From a virus (lineage: Duplodnaviria; Caudoviricetes), in IMG/VR virus record IMGVR_UViG_3300006114_000052, positions 1-27,074 of that record: a stretch of 27,074 nucleotides of DNA; one strand, written 5' to 3'. Of this stretch, positions 18,112 through 25,531 are shown piece after piece (the first letter of the stretch is position 1; every line of letters starts with the position of its first letter). The notes below the pieces were generated by a model, which did not search any database, was not told the DNA's origin, and worked only from the letters and a program-made list of their open reading frames with translations. A program made the position numbers and the translations under genes.

Positions 18112-19545
18112 TCAAAATTGACTCCAATCTTTTGATTTTTCGTTCTCAAAATGCTCCAAAGCCTTCTCAAACAGGTTTTCATTTATTTGGTCATGCCAAG
18201 CCTTAGACCCCACCACAACCTTTTTGTCAGCAGGTTCGCTCAAGTATTGATAACTAAAGCGCCAGGCATAAAGGAAAGCGTCACAAAGGTGATTGGGAAG
18301 CGCTGAATGTTCACGCTTAGGAAGCTTAATCTTCTCCCCATCCGTCTCCCAGATAAGGGTTTGCAGTTCGTCTATTAGGTTTTTGCATCCCTCATGGATT
18401 TTAACGCGGCCTTGGATGAGTTCGGCGTTTAGGATTTCGATGAAATCGGCCTTCCCGGTCTTGTCCGCGGGCTCAAGAGGGACTTGATGCCTATGCTGGA
18501 TTTCCTCAACGGCCTGTTTGTTTGCCCCGTCTATGATGATTTTAGCAACCCCATAGGTCTTTTGTAGCTCCTTAATCTTGTTAGCAACATCGGTGATGTC
18601 CATGTGCTTCTGATTGTGGGTGGCTACAATGTATAGGGTTCGCTCGTTCTCGTGCCAGGTAGCTACCACAAAGGCCGAATCATCCTCATAGCCAAGGTCA
18701 ACTCCCAAAATAAAGGTCCAGCCTTCCGGGTGCAGGGCTTGAGGGCGCTTGGTGTACAGGTTACGGGCTAACTCGAACTTATAGACTAGCGCGTTTTGGT
18801 CAACTACCCATTCATTTAGATACCACTGTTTATAAAGGGTAGTGCTTTGGAAGAGAGGGCGTTTCTCTTTAATCTCCTGAATTTCCTCACCCCACTGCTT
18901 AGCCATATGAGGGTTATCAAAAGCGCTCCAAGTGTGTAGGTTCCAACCCTGCTCAACGCCCGTTGTAATGTCATAAAATAATCCTCTCGTGATGTTAGAT
19001 GAGGTACCCATCATGCAAATGGTTCCCCGGTTATCGGCAACTGCCGGCTTTAAGATACCGTAAATCAATAAATGCAGGTTAATTGTATATAAGGACGCCT
19101 CATCGAGGCAGACTAGCTTATATTTCTTACCTAAGAGCTTCCGCATTTCATCTTCATGGGTATCGACACCTGCAAGCCAGATGACTGAACCATTGGGAAA
19201 GGTAGCGGTAAGCTTAGAGTTATTAAACTGCATTCCGAGATTATGCTTTGCATTGATTACTTTTAGGATGTCCTTCCAGACAATACCCTCAGCGCTTAGC
19301 CTGGTGAGCCCGATAAATAGGCAATTGACGCCTGGGTTTTCAAGCGCCTCTTTAATCATGTATAGGCCGGCCGTGTAAGACTTAGCCGCCCGCCGGGTAC
19401 AGAATAGGGCTTTTAACCGTGCTGGGTCGTTTATGAATTCGTTTTGATGGTGGAAGTCGGGGTCAAAAAGGCTGTTAACATTAAATGCTTTTTTGATCGT
19501 TTTATCCACAAAGCGTAGAAAAATGTTTCTACTCGTTTGATCCAT
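18112..19545 (-). CDS. terL: Terminase large subunit
   Basis: Q motif HQNEF, Walker A CTRRAAKS, Walker B LVCLDEA, nuclease motifs ILGVDLG..D and HLCDAFLY. Confidence 0.92.
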   Translation of the reverse strand: MDQTSRNIFLRFVDKTIKKAFNVNSLFDPDFHHQNEFINDPARLKALFCTRRAAKSYTAGLYMIKEALENPGVNCLFIGLTRLSAEGIVWKDILKVINAKHNLGMQFNNSKLTATFPNGSVIWLAGVDTHEDEMRKLLGKKYKLVCLDEASLYTINLHLLIYGILKPAVADNRGTICMMGTSSNITRGLFYDITTGVEQGWNLHTWSAFDNPHMAKQWGEEIQEIKEKRPLFQSTTLYKQWYLNEWVVDQNALVYKFELARNLYTKRPQALHPEGWTFILGVDLGYEDDSAFVVATWHENERTLYIVATHNQKHMDITDVANKIKELQKTYGVAKIIIDGANKQAVEEIQHRHQVPLEPADKTGKADFIEILNAELIQGRVKIHEGCKNLIDELQTLIWETDGEKIKLPKREHSALPNHLCDAFLYAWRFSYQYLSEPADKKVVVGSKAWHDQINENLFEKALEHFENEKSKDWSQF

Positions 19546-19876
19546 CTTCTAATTGATCCAACCGTTTCTTGGCCTCTTCAGCAATAATTTCGTCAGGTAA
19601 TCTTGCAAGGTCAATTCGGGTGCTGTCTTGCTGGCCTAGCATTTGTTTTCCTAACCATATCAGCATAGTAACATTGCCTTTTTTGGCCGCCTCTAGTTGC
19701 CATCTCCTTAAACTCATTTTGAGGTTTTCTCGACCTTTTGCCATTTCCTGAGCAAAACGCCTGTCTAATGTGTGAACTGACACCTCAAGCATGGTAGCAA
19801 TTTCGGTGGTTTTGCATCCAATGGAGGCTAGGTCTTGAACCATCTTCGGGTCGATAGGCTTCTTCGGTCTTCCCAT
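19529..19876 (-). CDS. terS: Terminase small subunit (HTH)
   Basis: MGRPKK..D...LA..GC...EIA..L.VS..TL HTH; GNVTMLIWLGKQ.LGQ.D; overlaps the TerL start. Confidence 0.8.
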   Translation of the reverse strand: MGRPKKPIDPKMVQDLASIGCKTTEIATMLEVSVHTLDRRFAQEMAKGRENLKMSLRRWQLEAAKKGNVTMLIWLGKQMLGQQDSTRIDLARLPDEIIAEEAKKRLDQLEDGSNE

Positions 19877-21072
19877 TATTTCCCCTTGATCTCATCCCAC
19901 GGCTTGCCGTCTTCACGATGCGCCTTTTTTCCAGTGAATTTCTGCCATCGATCTAGGATTACGGCGCAGTAGATCGGATCGAGTTCCATCATGAAGCATT
20001 TTCTATCGGTCTTTTCGCAAGCAATAAGTGTTGAGCCCGAACCTCCAAAAAGGTCTAAAACAATGTTTTTTATATTTGTGCAGTTCTCCAGCGCAATTTG
20101 TCCAAGTTCTACTGGCTTTTGTGTTGGATGAACGTACTCAATGGCTTTATCTTTTCCCACAGCCCAAACGCTTCCAAGTCGTTTACCTGTAATTTTAGCT
20201 CCACGGTTAAATACTAAAGCTATTTCATAATCACTTGCGAAAGTACCTGTTAGGTCGCCAATGCCTCCACCGCCTTTATCCCAAATAATCATATTAGACA
20301 TTTCACCGATTGGAGATGTTATCTCAATCCATTTCGCGAGTACCTTCCATGAGGTCCAAACAAATATCCACCCTTCGCTCACAACCGGCAGAACATTTAC
20401 CCACTCAGAAATAAAAACTTCGTCGTTCTTAATGACATCGAATTTTTCGGACTTGGTTCTCATGTTTGATTGATAAGAAACTCCATACGGAGGATCAGTG
20501 AAAACCATATCGGCCTTCTCGCCGTTCATCAGCCGTTCGACATCCGTGATCGCAGTAGAATCCCCGCACATCAGCCGATGATTCCCGAGGATGTAAACCT
20601 CACCCTGCACGACTTTAGGCTCTGGCCTTGCTTCTGGAGCTTCGTCTTCGTCAGCCTCGAAGTCTTTATCTGCTACATCGATCTCAAAGTTCTTGATCCC
20701 GAGAAGGTCGATATCGAAATCCGGCCCAAGATCAGCAATGTCGGCATTGATCCCGGAGAGATCAAGCTCTGCCCATAGTGCGATAGCGTTATCAGCCTGA
20801 ATAAAAGCATACTCGGCCTCCTCGCTATCGAAATCCTGATACACGACGGGCATCTCTTTCACCTTGGCCTTGATCGCCGCTTCTCTGCGCCCGTGCCCTG
20901 CGACGATATAGCCCGATAACTTGCTCACGATGATCGGGTGCCTGATTCCGTGATAATCATAAAGCTTTGCAAGCCGATCGATCTGTTCTTTTGAGTGTTT
21001 GTTCCGATTTTTTGGGTGTTCTTTTAGAGCTATAGGGCTTACTAAATCGTCGTACTTACAGTAAATGTTCAT
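19876..21072 (-). CDS. ParB/Srx-domain fused DNA amino-methyltransferase (N6A/N4C, beta class)
   Basis: ParB-like PII......IVAGHGR..AA and ADN; HRLMCGDS, FTDPPY, HPTQKP, VLDLFGGSGSTLIACE. Confidence 0.9.
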   Translation of the reverse strand: MNIYCKYDDLVSPIALKEHPKNRNKHSKEQIDRLAKLYDYHGIRHPIIVSKLSGYIVAGHGRREAAIKAKVKEMPVVYQDFDSEEAEYAFIQADNAIALWAELDLSGINADIADLGPDFDIDLLGIKNFEIDVADKDFEADEDEAPEARPEPKVVQGEVYILGNHRLMCGDSTAITDVERLMNGEKADMVFTDPPYGVSYQSNMRTKSEKFDVIKNDEVFISEWVNVLPVVSEGWIFVWTSWKVLAKWIEITSPIGEMSNMIIWDKGGGGIGDLTGTFASDYEIALVFNRGAKITGKRLGSVWAVGKDKAIEYVHPTQKPVELGQIALENCTNIKNIVLDLFGGSGSTLIACEKTDRKCFMMELDPIYCAVILDRWQKFTGKKAHREDGKPWDEIKGK

Positions 21073-21368
21073 AGCCTACCTCTTAGCTTATTAGGGCCCC
21101 TAGTGTTCTGTCCTGTGCTGATCTCGCCAAGGTTAGCTAAGGCGCTATGTACGGTAGGAATCGCGTTTACAGGGGCCATAGCGTTCGCTACAGGGGCCAC
21201 GGGATTGACCACATGATGAACAAGAGTCGCCTTTCCTTGCTGTTGGGGTTGTGCGTTGAGTTTCGCTTCAACTTCACCAATGCGCTCAAGACAAAGCTTT
21301 TTCACTTCAGGGCTTAGTTCGTAGTTAAGGAGCAGGTTTAAAAGCCATTGAATGTCGGTTTGCATCAT
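21069..21368 (-). CDS. Hypothetical protein
   Basis: Coupled ORF in the leftward operon. Confidence 0.6.
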   Translation of the reverse strand: MMQTDIQWLLNLLLNYELSPEVKKLCLERIGEVEAKLNAQPQQQGKATLVHHVVNPVAPVANAMAPVNAIPTVHSALANLGEISTGQNTRGPNKLRGRL

Positions 21369-21661
21369 TCCCCCTGAATGTCTCTAACCCGCGGGCGGCC
21401 TGGTTTTCGTGGTTCGGTAGGTGCTTGGGTTTCTGGTTGCCCGGTAAGTTCAGATATATATTTGCTTTGATCGAGGGGCTGAGCTGAGTGCCAGGTTTCA
21501 AACCAATCAAGGTTGTTGTTGTACAGCATGGACACCATGCGGGTTTCGGTATCGAGCCAGAGCCTAACCCCTGCTTTTTTACAATCGAGCTTCATTCCAA
21601 AGTTCTTGCCTGAGCTAAAGACTGGGGAGTGAAATTCTGCGTATCGTAGTTCAATTTTCAT
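21365..21661 (-). CDS. Hypothetical protein with C-terminal AT-hook-like RKPGRPR
   Basis: AAGGAAG SD; coupled to the downstream gene. Confidence 0.65.
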   Translation of the reverse strand: MKIELRYAEFHSPVFSSGKNFGMKLDCKKAGVRLWLDTETRMVSMLYNNNLDWFETWHSAQPLDQSKYISELTGQPETQAPTEPRKPGRPRVRDIQGE

Positions 21662-21673
21662 AGGTTTCTTCCT

Positions 21674-22168
21674 TTATGCGAATGGGTTGAATTTGAGTTT
21701 CGGGTCTTTTAGATTCCAAAGCTTTAGTCCCTGGGTAGTGAGATGCGAGAAGGTTTTAATGTTTTTAGAAAGCAGCGCGTTACCAATCCCGTTTCGTCTC
21801 AAGTCCTTTTTAACGAATATGTAATGCAGCACTTCCCCCTCATCTATGGCCCAGCCGAGGGCTGTATCAGGCTCATCGGTAAGGACTGCGATCCTGACCC
21901 TGGTGTTGGGGCGGGATAGGATTTGAGTAATATAGGCGCTATAGGCTTTAAAATAAGGTTCAGCCTCGATGAGTTTAAAATACTCATTGCCGTAGCGCAG
22001 TGAATTGAGCCAGGTCGAGAAGATCAGTGACTCATAGCTTTTAGGAACATGGGCTTTAAAGGTTAGAACTTTAAAGGTAGTTACATGGTCCGGCGTTTCT
22101 TGTTGGTTGGGATTTGCCACCTGGTCAGGTAGCGATTCACTGTCCTCGTGATTGTGATCCTGCTGCAT
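21674..22168 (-). CDS. GNAT-family acetyltransferase (start uncertain)
   Basis: LHYIFVKKDLRRNGIGNALL is GNAT motif A. The N-terminal ~29 aa overlap the upstream gene. Confidence 0.75.
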   Translation of the reverse strand: MQQDHNHEDSESLPDQVANPNQQETPDHVTTFKVLTFKAHVPKSYESLIFSTWLNSLRYGNEYFKLIEAEPYFKAYSAYITQILSRPNTRVRIAVLTDEPDTALGWAIDEGEVLHYIFVKKDLRRNGIGNALLSKNIKTFSHLTTQGLKLWNLKDPKLKFNPFA

Positions 22169-22485
22169 TTGATACCTAGTTTCTGCAAGTGTTCGATGAT
22201 TTGACGCTGTTGAATGCCTTGGGAGTATTGGGTCATGATTTCGCGCTCTTTAACGCTCATTTGCTTATCTCCCGCCACCCTCCGACCGACTAGCCCAAAG
22301 AATTCTTGTTTTGAGCTAATGGTCAGAGTGTCTGTGGTGCGGAAAGCGTTAGCTGAGAACTGTTTTAGGACGCGTTCTCCCCGGACTTCCTTTTCAATGT
22401 CGATGAATCCGGAATCTTGTAACTTCTGTTCCCATTCTTTTTTAAGATCAGAAAGCTTCTTTGATTTCCAGATACTCATTTGCAT
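22081..22485 (-). CDS. Putative transcription regulator with C-terminal HTH (sigma region 4 / LuxR-like)
   Basis: MS.KEREI...Y.QG..QRQI...L...G..CSR.T....V..Y pattern. Confidence 0.55.
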   Translation of the reverse strand: MQMSIWKSKKLSDLKKEWEQKLQDSGFIDIEKEVRGERVLKQFSANAFRTTDTLTISSKQEFFGLVGRRVAGDKQMSVKEREIMTQYSQGIQQRQIIEHLQKLGIKCSRITITRTVNRYLTRWQIPTNKKRRTM

Positions 22486-22835
22486 TAGAGTTTGTCTAAA
22501 TCTACCTGCTCATTTTGCTTTGCCTTTTCGGCTGCAAGTTTTTGATATTCGTCGATCTTGGCTATAGCGATAAGGTTCGCGGCGTTTTTGCGTAGCCTGT
22601 GGATGAAATAGCCGTCTTCCTTATGGGATTCGGTAGTTCCACACTCATGTACAATCATGTTCGCTAGCGCGTGTTTCTGGGAGATGATGTCGGCCTTTAA
22701 GAGCGCCCCGCTAATGATGCGGTCAGCCCAGATGTCGAACTCAGCAAGACCCATGGGTAGGGGACGCTTTTCAAGCATTTGATCGACAATATCCCCCACC
22801 GGGAGGAGGGGATCATTTACTGTAATCTTTTTCAT
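22485..22835 (-). CDS. Hypothetical protein
   Basis: Coupled ORF with AAGGA SD. Confidence 0.6.
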   Translation of the reverse strand: MKKITVNDPLLPVGDIVDQMLEKRPLPMGLAEFDIWADRIISGALLKADIISQKHALANMIVHECGTTESHKEDGYFIHRLRKNAANLIAIAKIDEYQKLAAEKAKQNEQVDLDKL

Positions 22836-23028
22836 AGTTGTCCTTTTCGGCTAAAACTTTTCTTTCAAACGCTTTCTGAGCAAGAATGGTTTCGTAAGAA
22901 ACACATCCGTTGTTCCTGATGTCGCTTGAAATCATGTTCATGATGCGATTGAAATCGGCCTCATATTTGATTTTGAGGTCGTTAAAGATCATTTCAGCTT
23001 CTTCTGGTGTTAGATTGATTTCAGGCAC
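22813..23028 (-). CDS. Hypothetical protein
   Basis: 71 aa ORF filling the gap between overlapping neighbours. Confidence 0.5.
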   Translation of the reverse strand: MPEINLTPEEAEMIFNDLKIKYEADFNRIMNMISSDIRNNGCVSYETILAQKAFERKVLAEKDNYEKDYSK

Positions 23029-23212
23029 CGGATTGCGCCTGAGCTTCAGATTCAGCAGCTTTAATTTTAGCGGCTTTCTGATCGAGCTCTAGCAACTTAG
23101 CGTTAGCATCCTCAATGAACCGAGAAAGGTTTTTGATTTTGAATTGGACATCCCCGATTTGGGTGCAGATTTCAGCGTATTGTTTAGTAAGAGACTCAAT
23201 TGTGTCTTCCAT
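23021..23212 (-). CDS. Small coiled-coil protein, first gene of the leftward operon
   Basis: AAGGAG SD; heptad pattern. Confidence 0.65.
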   Translation of the reverse strand: MEDTIESLTKQYAEICTQIGDVQFKIKNLSRFIEDANAKLLELDQKAAKIKAAESEAQAQSGA

Positions 23213-23231
23213 GTAATTCTCCTTTTAAAAA

Positions 23232-23260
23232 AGAATAGGGCCACCATTTTTTAATTGCAA
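23232..23260 (-). promoter_or_regulatory. Sigma70-type promoter of the leftward operon
   Basis: TTGCAA (23260-23255), 17 nt, TATTCT (23237-23232), just upstream of the AAGGAG SD and ATG 23212. Confidence 0.55.
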
Positions 23261-23280
23261 TGATTTATTTTTGGTGTTGA

Positions 23281-23309
23281 AAAAGAAAAACCCCGGATGG
23301 GCCGGGGTT
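23281..23309 (-). terminator. Rho-independent terminator ending the putative antisense RNA
   Basis: Minus strand AACCCCGG-CCCAT-CCGGGGTT-TTTCTTTT; no minus-strand gene lies immediately upstream. Confidence 0.75.
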
Positions 23310-23370
23310 ATTAACTTTGCGAGATTCGCAGTCTCCAAAGTTTGAAGCGAAAACCGGGAGATTTCCGCCT
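23281..23370 (-). ncRNA. Putative ~90-nt antisense/regulatory RNA (three stem-loops, UCCC loop)
   Basis: Bounded by a promoter (23377-23405) and a terminator. Folds as AGGCGGAAAUC-UCCC-GGUUUUCGCUU, AACUUUG-GAGA-N7-UCUC-G-CAAAGUU, and the terminator stem. Confidence 0.6.
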
Positions 23371-23376
23371 AGCCAA

Positions 23377-23405
23377 ATGCTAGCAGCGTCTCCCTACATC
23401 ATCAA
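23377..23405 (-). promoter_or_regulatory. Sigma70-type promoter (extended -10) for the antisense RNA
   Basis: TTGATG (23405-23400), 17 nt, TAGCAT (23382-23377), preceded by TGn. Confidence 0.6.
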
Positions 23406-23431
23406 CACTGATTTGCACCGGGAGACACAAA

Positions 23432-23965
23432 ATGGCATCACCTAAACGATTCACCGACACTGGAAAATGGCGCACACCATCATTTCGAGCCTTGAGCATG
23501 GAGGCCAAGCTGACTTGGATTTATATATGCGATGAATGCGACCATGCGGGGGTCTGGAAGTCCGATTATGACCTAGCAACATTTCAATTAGGTTTTTCTA
23601 TAAACGAAGAAAAGCTATCTGAATGGTTTAAAGATAAAATTGTTTTTATTGACGATTTGGTAATTATCATTCCATTTTTTAAGTTTCAGTATGGAACTAC
23701 CAAAGATACTTGGGCTGCCAAACAATCCGCTCGTAAGACATTAGAATCTTTCGGTTTTTCAATAATTCAAAACAATCTAATCATAAATCAAGGGGGACTG
23801 TCCTCCACTGTCCATGACAGTGGGGGGACAGTACTAAGTAAAGGTATAGGTATAGGTAAAGGTATAGAAGGGGGAGTGGGGGAAACAATGACTGAAGAGG
23901 AGCGCGCTGAGCGCCTGGCTTTAATCATGGAATTTAATTCAAAGAAAAAAATGAGCTTAGGGTAA
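23432..23965 (+). CDS. Phage replication initiator / replisome organiser (N-terminal winged HTH)
   Basis: KRFTDT.KW....F..LS...KL.W.YI.D.CDHAG.W N-terminus typical of phage initiators; internal DNA repeats; GIGIGKGI dipeptide run; GGGAG SD. Confidence 0.7.
   Translation: MASPKRFTDTGKWRTPSFRALSMEAKLTWIYICDECDHAGVWKSDYDLATFQLGFSINEEKLSEWFKDKIVFIDDLVIIIPFFKFQYGTTKDTWAAKQSARKTLESFGFSIIQNNLIINQGGLSSTVHDSGGTVLSKGIGIGKGIEGGVGETMTEEERAERLALIMEFNSKKKMSLG
23797..23867. repeat. Iteron-like repeats, putative origin of replication inside the initiator gene
   Basis: ACTGTC at 23797 and 23807, inverted GACAGT at 23816 and 23827; GTAAAGGTATAG at 23838 and 23856; AT-rich tract upstream. Confidence 0.6.
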
Positions 23966-23974
23966 AAATAATTG

Positions 23975-24003
23975 TTGAAAAGTAAATATTTTGACGATAC
24001 CTT
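23975..24003 (+). promoter_or_regulatory. Sigma70-type promoter for rightward early genes
   Basis: TTGAAA, 17 nt, TACCTT in the AT-rich intergenic gap. Confidence 0.45.
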
Positions 24004-24042
24004 CTCTTTCACCGGCAGATACCGGTAGAAACGGAACCAAAA

Positions 24043-24225
24043 ATGATCGAAATTAAAATTGTAGATACAAAAATCGTAATCACCCAACTCGATGAGTTCG
24101 GTAACTCAAATTCAAGCATTAGCCTTACTTACCCAGAGTCAGACAAACTGAGAACCGAACTTACCCGCGCTCAGATTGCAATCTCTAACGCCGCCAAAGT
24201 TGTCCTCGTTGGAGGTGGCAAGTGA
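24043..24225 (+). CDS. Hypothetical protein
   Basis: First ORF after the promoter; GTGA overlap with the next gene. Confidence 0.6.
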   Translation: MIEIKIVDTKIVITQLDEFGNSNSSISLTYPESDKLRTELTRAQIAISNAAKVVLVGGGK

Positions 24226-24413
24226 AAGAGAAAGCCATCGACTTAGCTATTGAGAAGATGGAACGCGAGTACTTGGCCAAGCGATTGGCCGGGGAAACCG
24301 TCCGCGAGAGCATTGCCAAGAAAGCCATGAGCTTTATGGAAACTGAGGAGCGCATTCAGTGGGAAATGGATTGGGTAGGATCATGGATGCAGAAAGAGTA
24401 TGGTGACCTGTGA
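24222..24413 (+). CDS. Hypothetical protein
   Basis: GGAGGT SD; coupled on both sides. Confidence 0.65.
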   Translation: MKEKAIDLAIEKMEREYLAKRLAGETVRESIAKKAMSFMETEERIQWEMDWVGSWMQKEYGDL

Positions 24414-25126
24414 AATCATTCAAAACTCCAAAAGGTACAGAACTTCAAATCCTGTCACTGAAAGGCAAGGATTACCTTCAAGTTGCTCAGCGTCTAGTCT
24501 GGTTCCGCGAGGAGCGCCAGACCTGGTCGATTGAGACTGAGTTTTTAAAGCTTGAGGACAAGTTCGCGATAGCCCGCGCCGTGATCCGTAACGAAACCGG
24601 CATTCCCATGGCGACCGCGCACAAGCGCGAGGACGCCTCACACTTTCCCGACTTTATGGAAAAGGCCGAAACCGGATCAATCGGGAGAGCATTAGCCCTT
24701 TGCGGTTACGGCACTCAGTTCACCGCGGACGAGCTTGACGAAGGCGCCCGAATCGTAGACAGTCCCATCAATCCCAAATACTCGGCCGGATCGTCTCCCA
24801 CGGCGGCCAAGTCCACTCAGTCAGTTGAGCCTGTGAATTCTACGGGTTCAACCGACTGGGAGGGATTCCCTGATAAGCTATTAGACGCACACAATGCCAA
24901 TCCTAGCCCTTCCAGTGACCAATCTGTCTCCAACTATAGGGTACCTTTTGGAAAGACTTATAAGGGCATGACGCTCGAAGAGATGGGGCTTGATAAAGTG
25001 GTATCATTTAGCCTGTACCTGCAAGAGTCAGCGGCTAAAGAGAACAAGGAAATGAACCAGCAAGCGGCGCAGTTCTGTCATATGGCCGATGCGTTTATTA
25101 AAATTAAAAAAGGCGTGACTAGGTAG
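24410..25126 (+). CDS. Rad52/Sak-like single-strand annealing protein with C-terminal PFGK.KG small domain
   Basis: KGKDYL.V..R...F, EKAET..IGRAL...G.G; disordered linker; VPFGKTYKGMTLEEM. Confidence 0.65.
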   Translation: MKSFKTPKGTELQILSLKGKDYLQVAQRLVWFREERQTWSIETEFLKLEDKFAIARAVIRNETGIPMATAHKREDASHFPDFMEKAETGSIGRALALCGYGTQFTADELDEGARIVDSPINPKYSAGSSPTAAKSTQSVEPVNSTGSTDWEGFPDKLLDAHNANPSPSSDQSVSNYRVPFGKTYKGMTLEEMGLDKVVSFSLYLQESAAKENKEMNQQAAQFCHMADAFIKIKKGVTR

Positions 25127-25194
25127 GTTGGTTCCGTGTCTAGTCTAGGGGGTCGGGTTGTTGTCTGTTTCACTCCTTCCCGGCCCCTATATCT

Positions 25195-25270
25195 TGCGAG
25201 GTAGCTCAGTTGGTAGAGCAGCTGGCTGTTAACCAGTTGGTCGGGGGTTCGAGTCCCTCCCTCGCAGCCA
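25195..25270 (+). tRNA. tRNA-Asn (GTT)
   Basis: 76 nt; acceptor TGCGAGG/CCTCGCA, D arm GCTC-AGTTGGTA-GAGC, anticodon arm GCTGG-CTGTTAA-CCAGT, T loop TTCGAGT, G73, encoded CCA. Confidence 0.95.
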
Positions 25271-25285
25271 TTTTAGGGGAATAAT

Positions 25286-25531
25286 ATGTGTCATCAATGC
25301 AAGGGCAGCGGCTGGGTTGTATCGACTAGCAAAAAGAATGGATCGCTTTACGCATCAAAATGTAACTGTGAGGCGGGTAACAACCTTGGGAATTCAGTCC
25401 CTAAGTGGAACTCGAAACTAAAAGCGCATTATCACCCGGACTATGAAATGCCGGAAGATAAGCGCCCAATTCCTGAACCTAAGAAACCAGAATTCAGCGC
25501 GGATGACCTTCCTGAGGAGGCTCCATTTTAA
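25286..25531 (+). CDS. Small Zn-finger protein (CxxC...CxC)
   Basis: CHQCKGSGW...CNC; AGGGG SD; acidic DDLPEEAPF tail resembling SSB C-termini. Confidence 0.65.
   Translation: MCHQCKGSGWVVSTSKKNGSLYASKCNCEAGNNLGNSVPKWNSKLKAHYHPDYEMPEDKRPIPEPKKPEFSADDLPEEAPF

Noticed and set aside
391-23092. Many short plus-strand ORFs (e.g. 1326..1619, 12471..12779, 15385..15708, 22214..22567)
   Set aside because: Antisense shadows of long, well-supported minus-strand genes, with no recognisable motifs.
23281-23309. Terminator as a lambda tR'-like attenuator of the leftward operon
   Set aside because: The leftward operon has its own promoter-like sequence downstream (23232-23260), and the transcript's complementarity to the initiator SD fits an antisense role better. 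Not fully excluded.
23788-24087. 99 aa minus-strand ORF opposite the initiator
   Set aside because: Composition is explained by the AT-rich intergenic DNA and the reverse complement of the origin repeats.
25195-25270. tRNA as a prophage attachment site or host boundary
   Set aside because: Phage-type genes continue on both sides, with no integrase or duplicated tRNA 3' end in the window.
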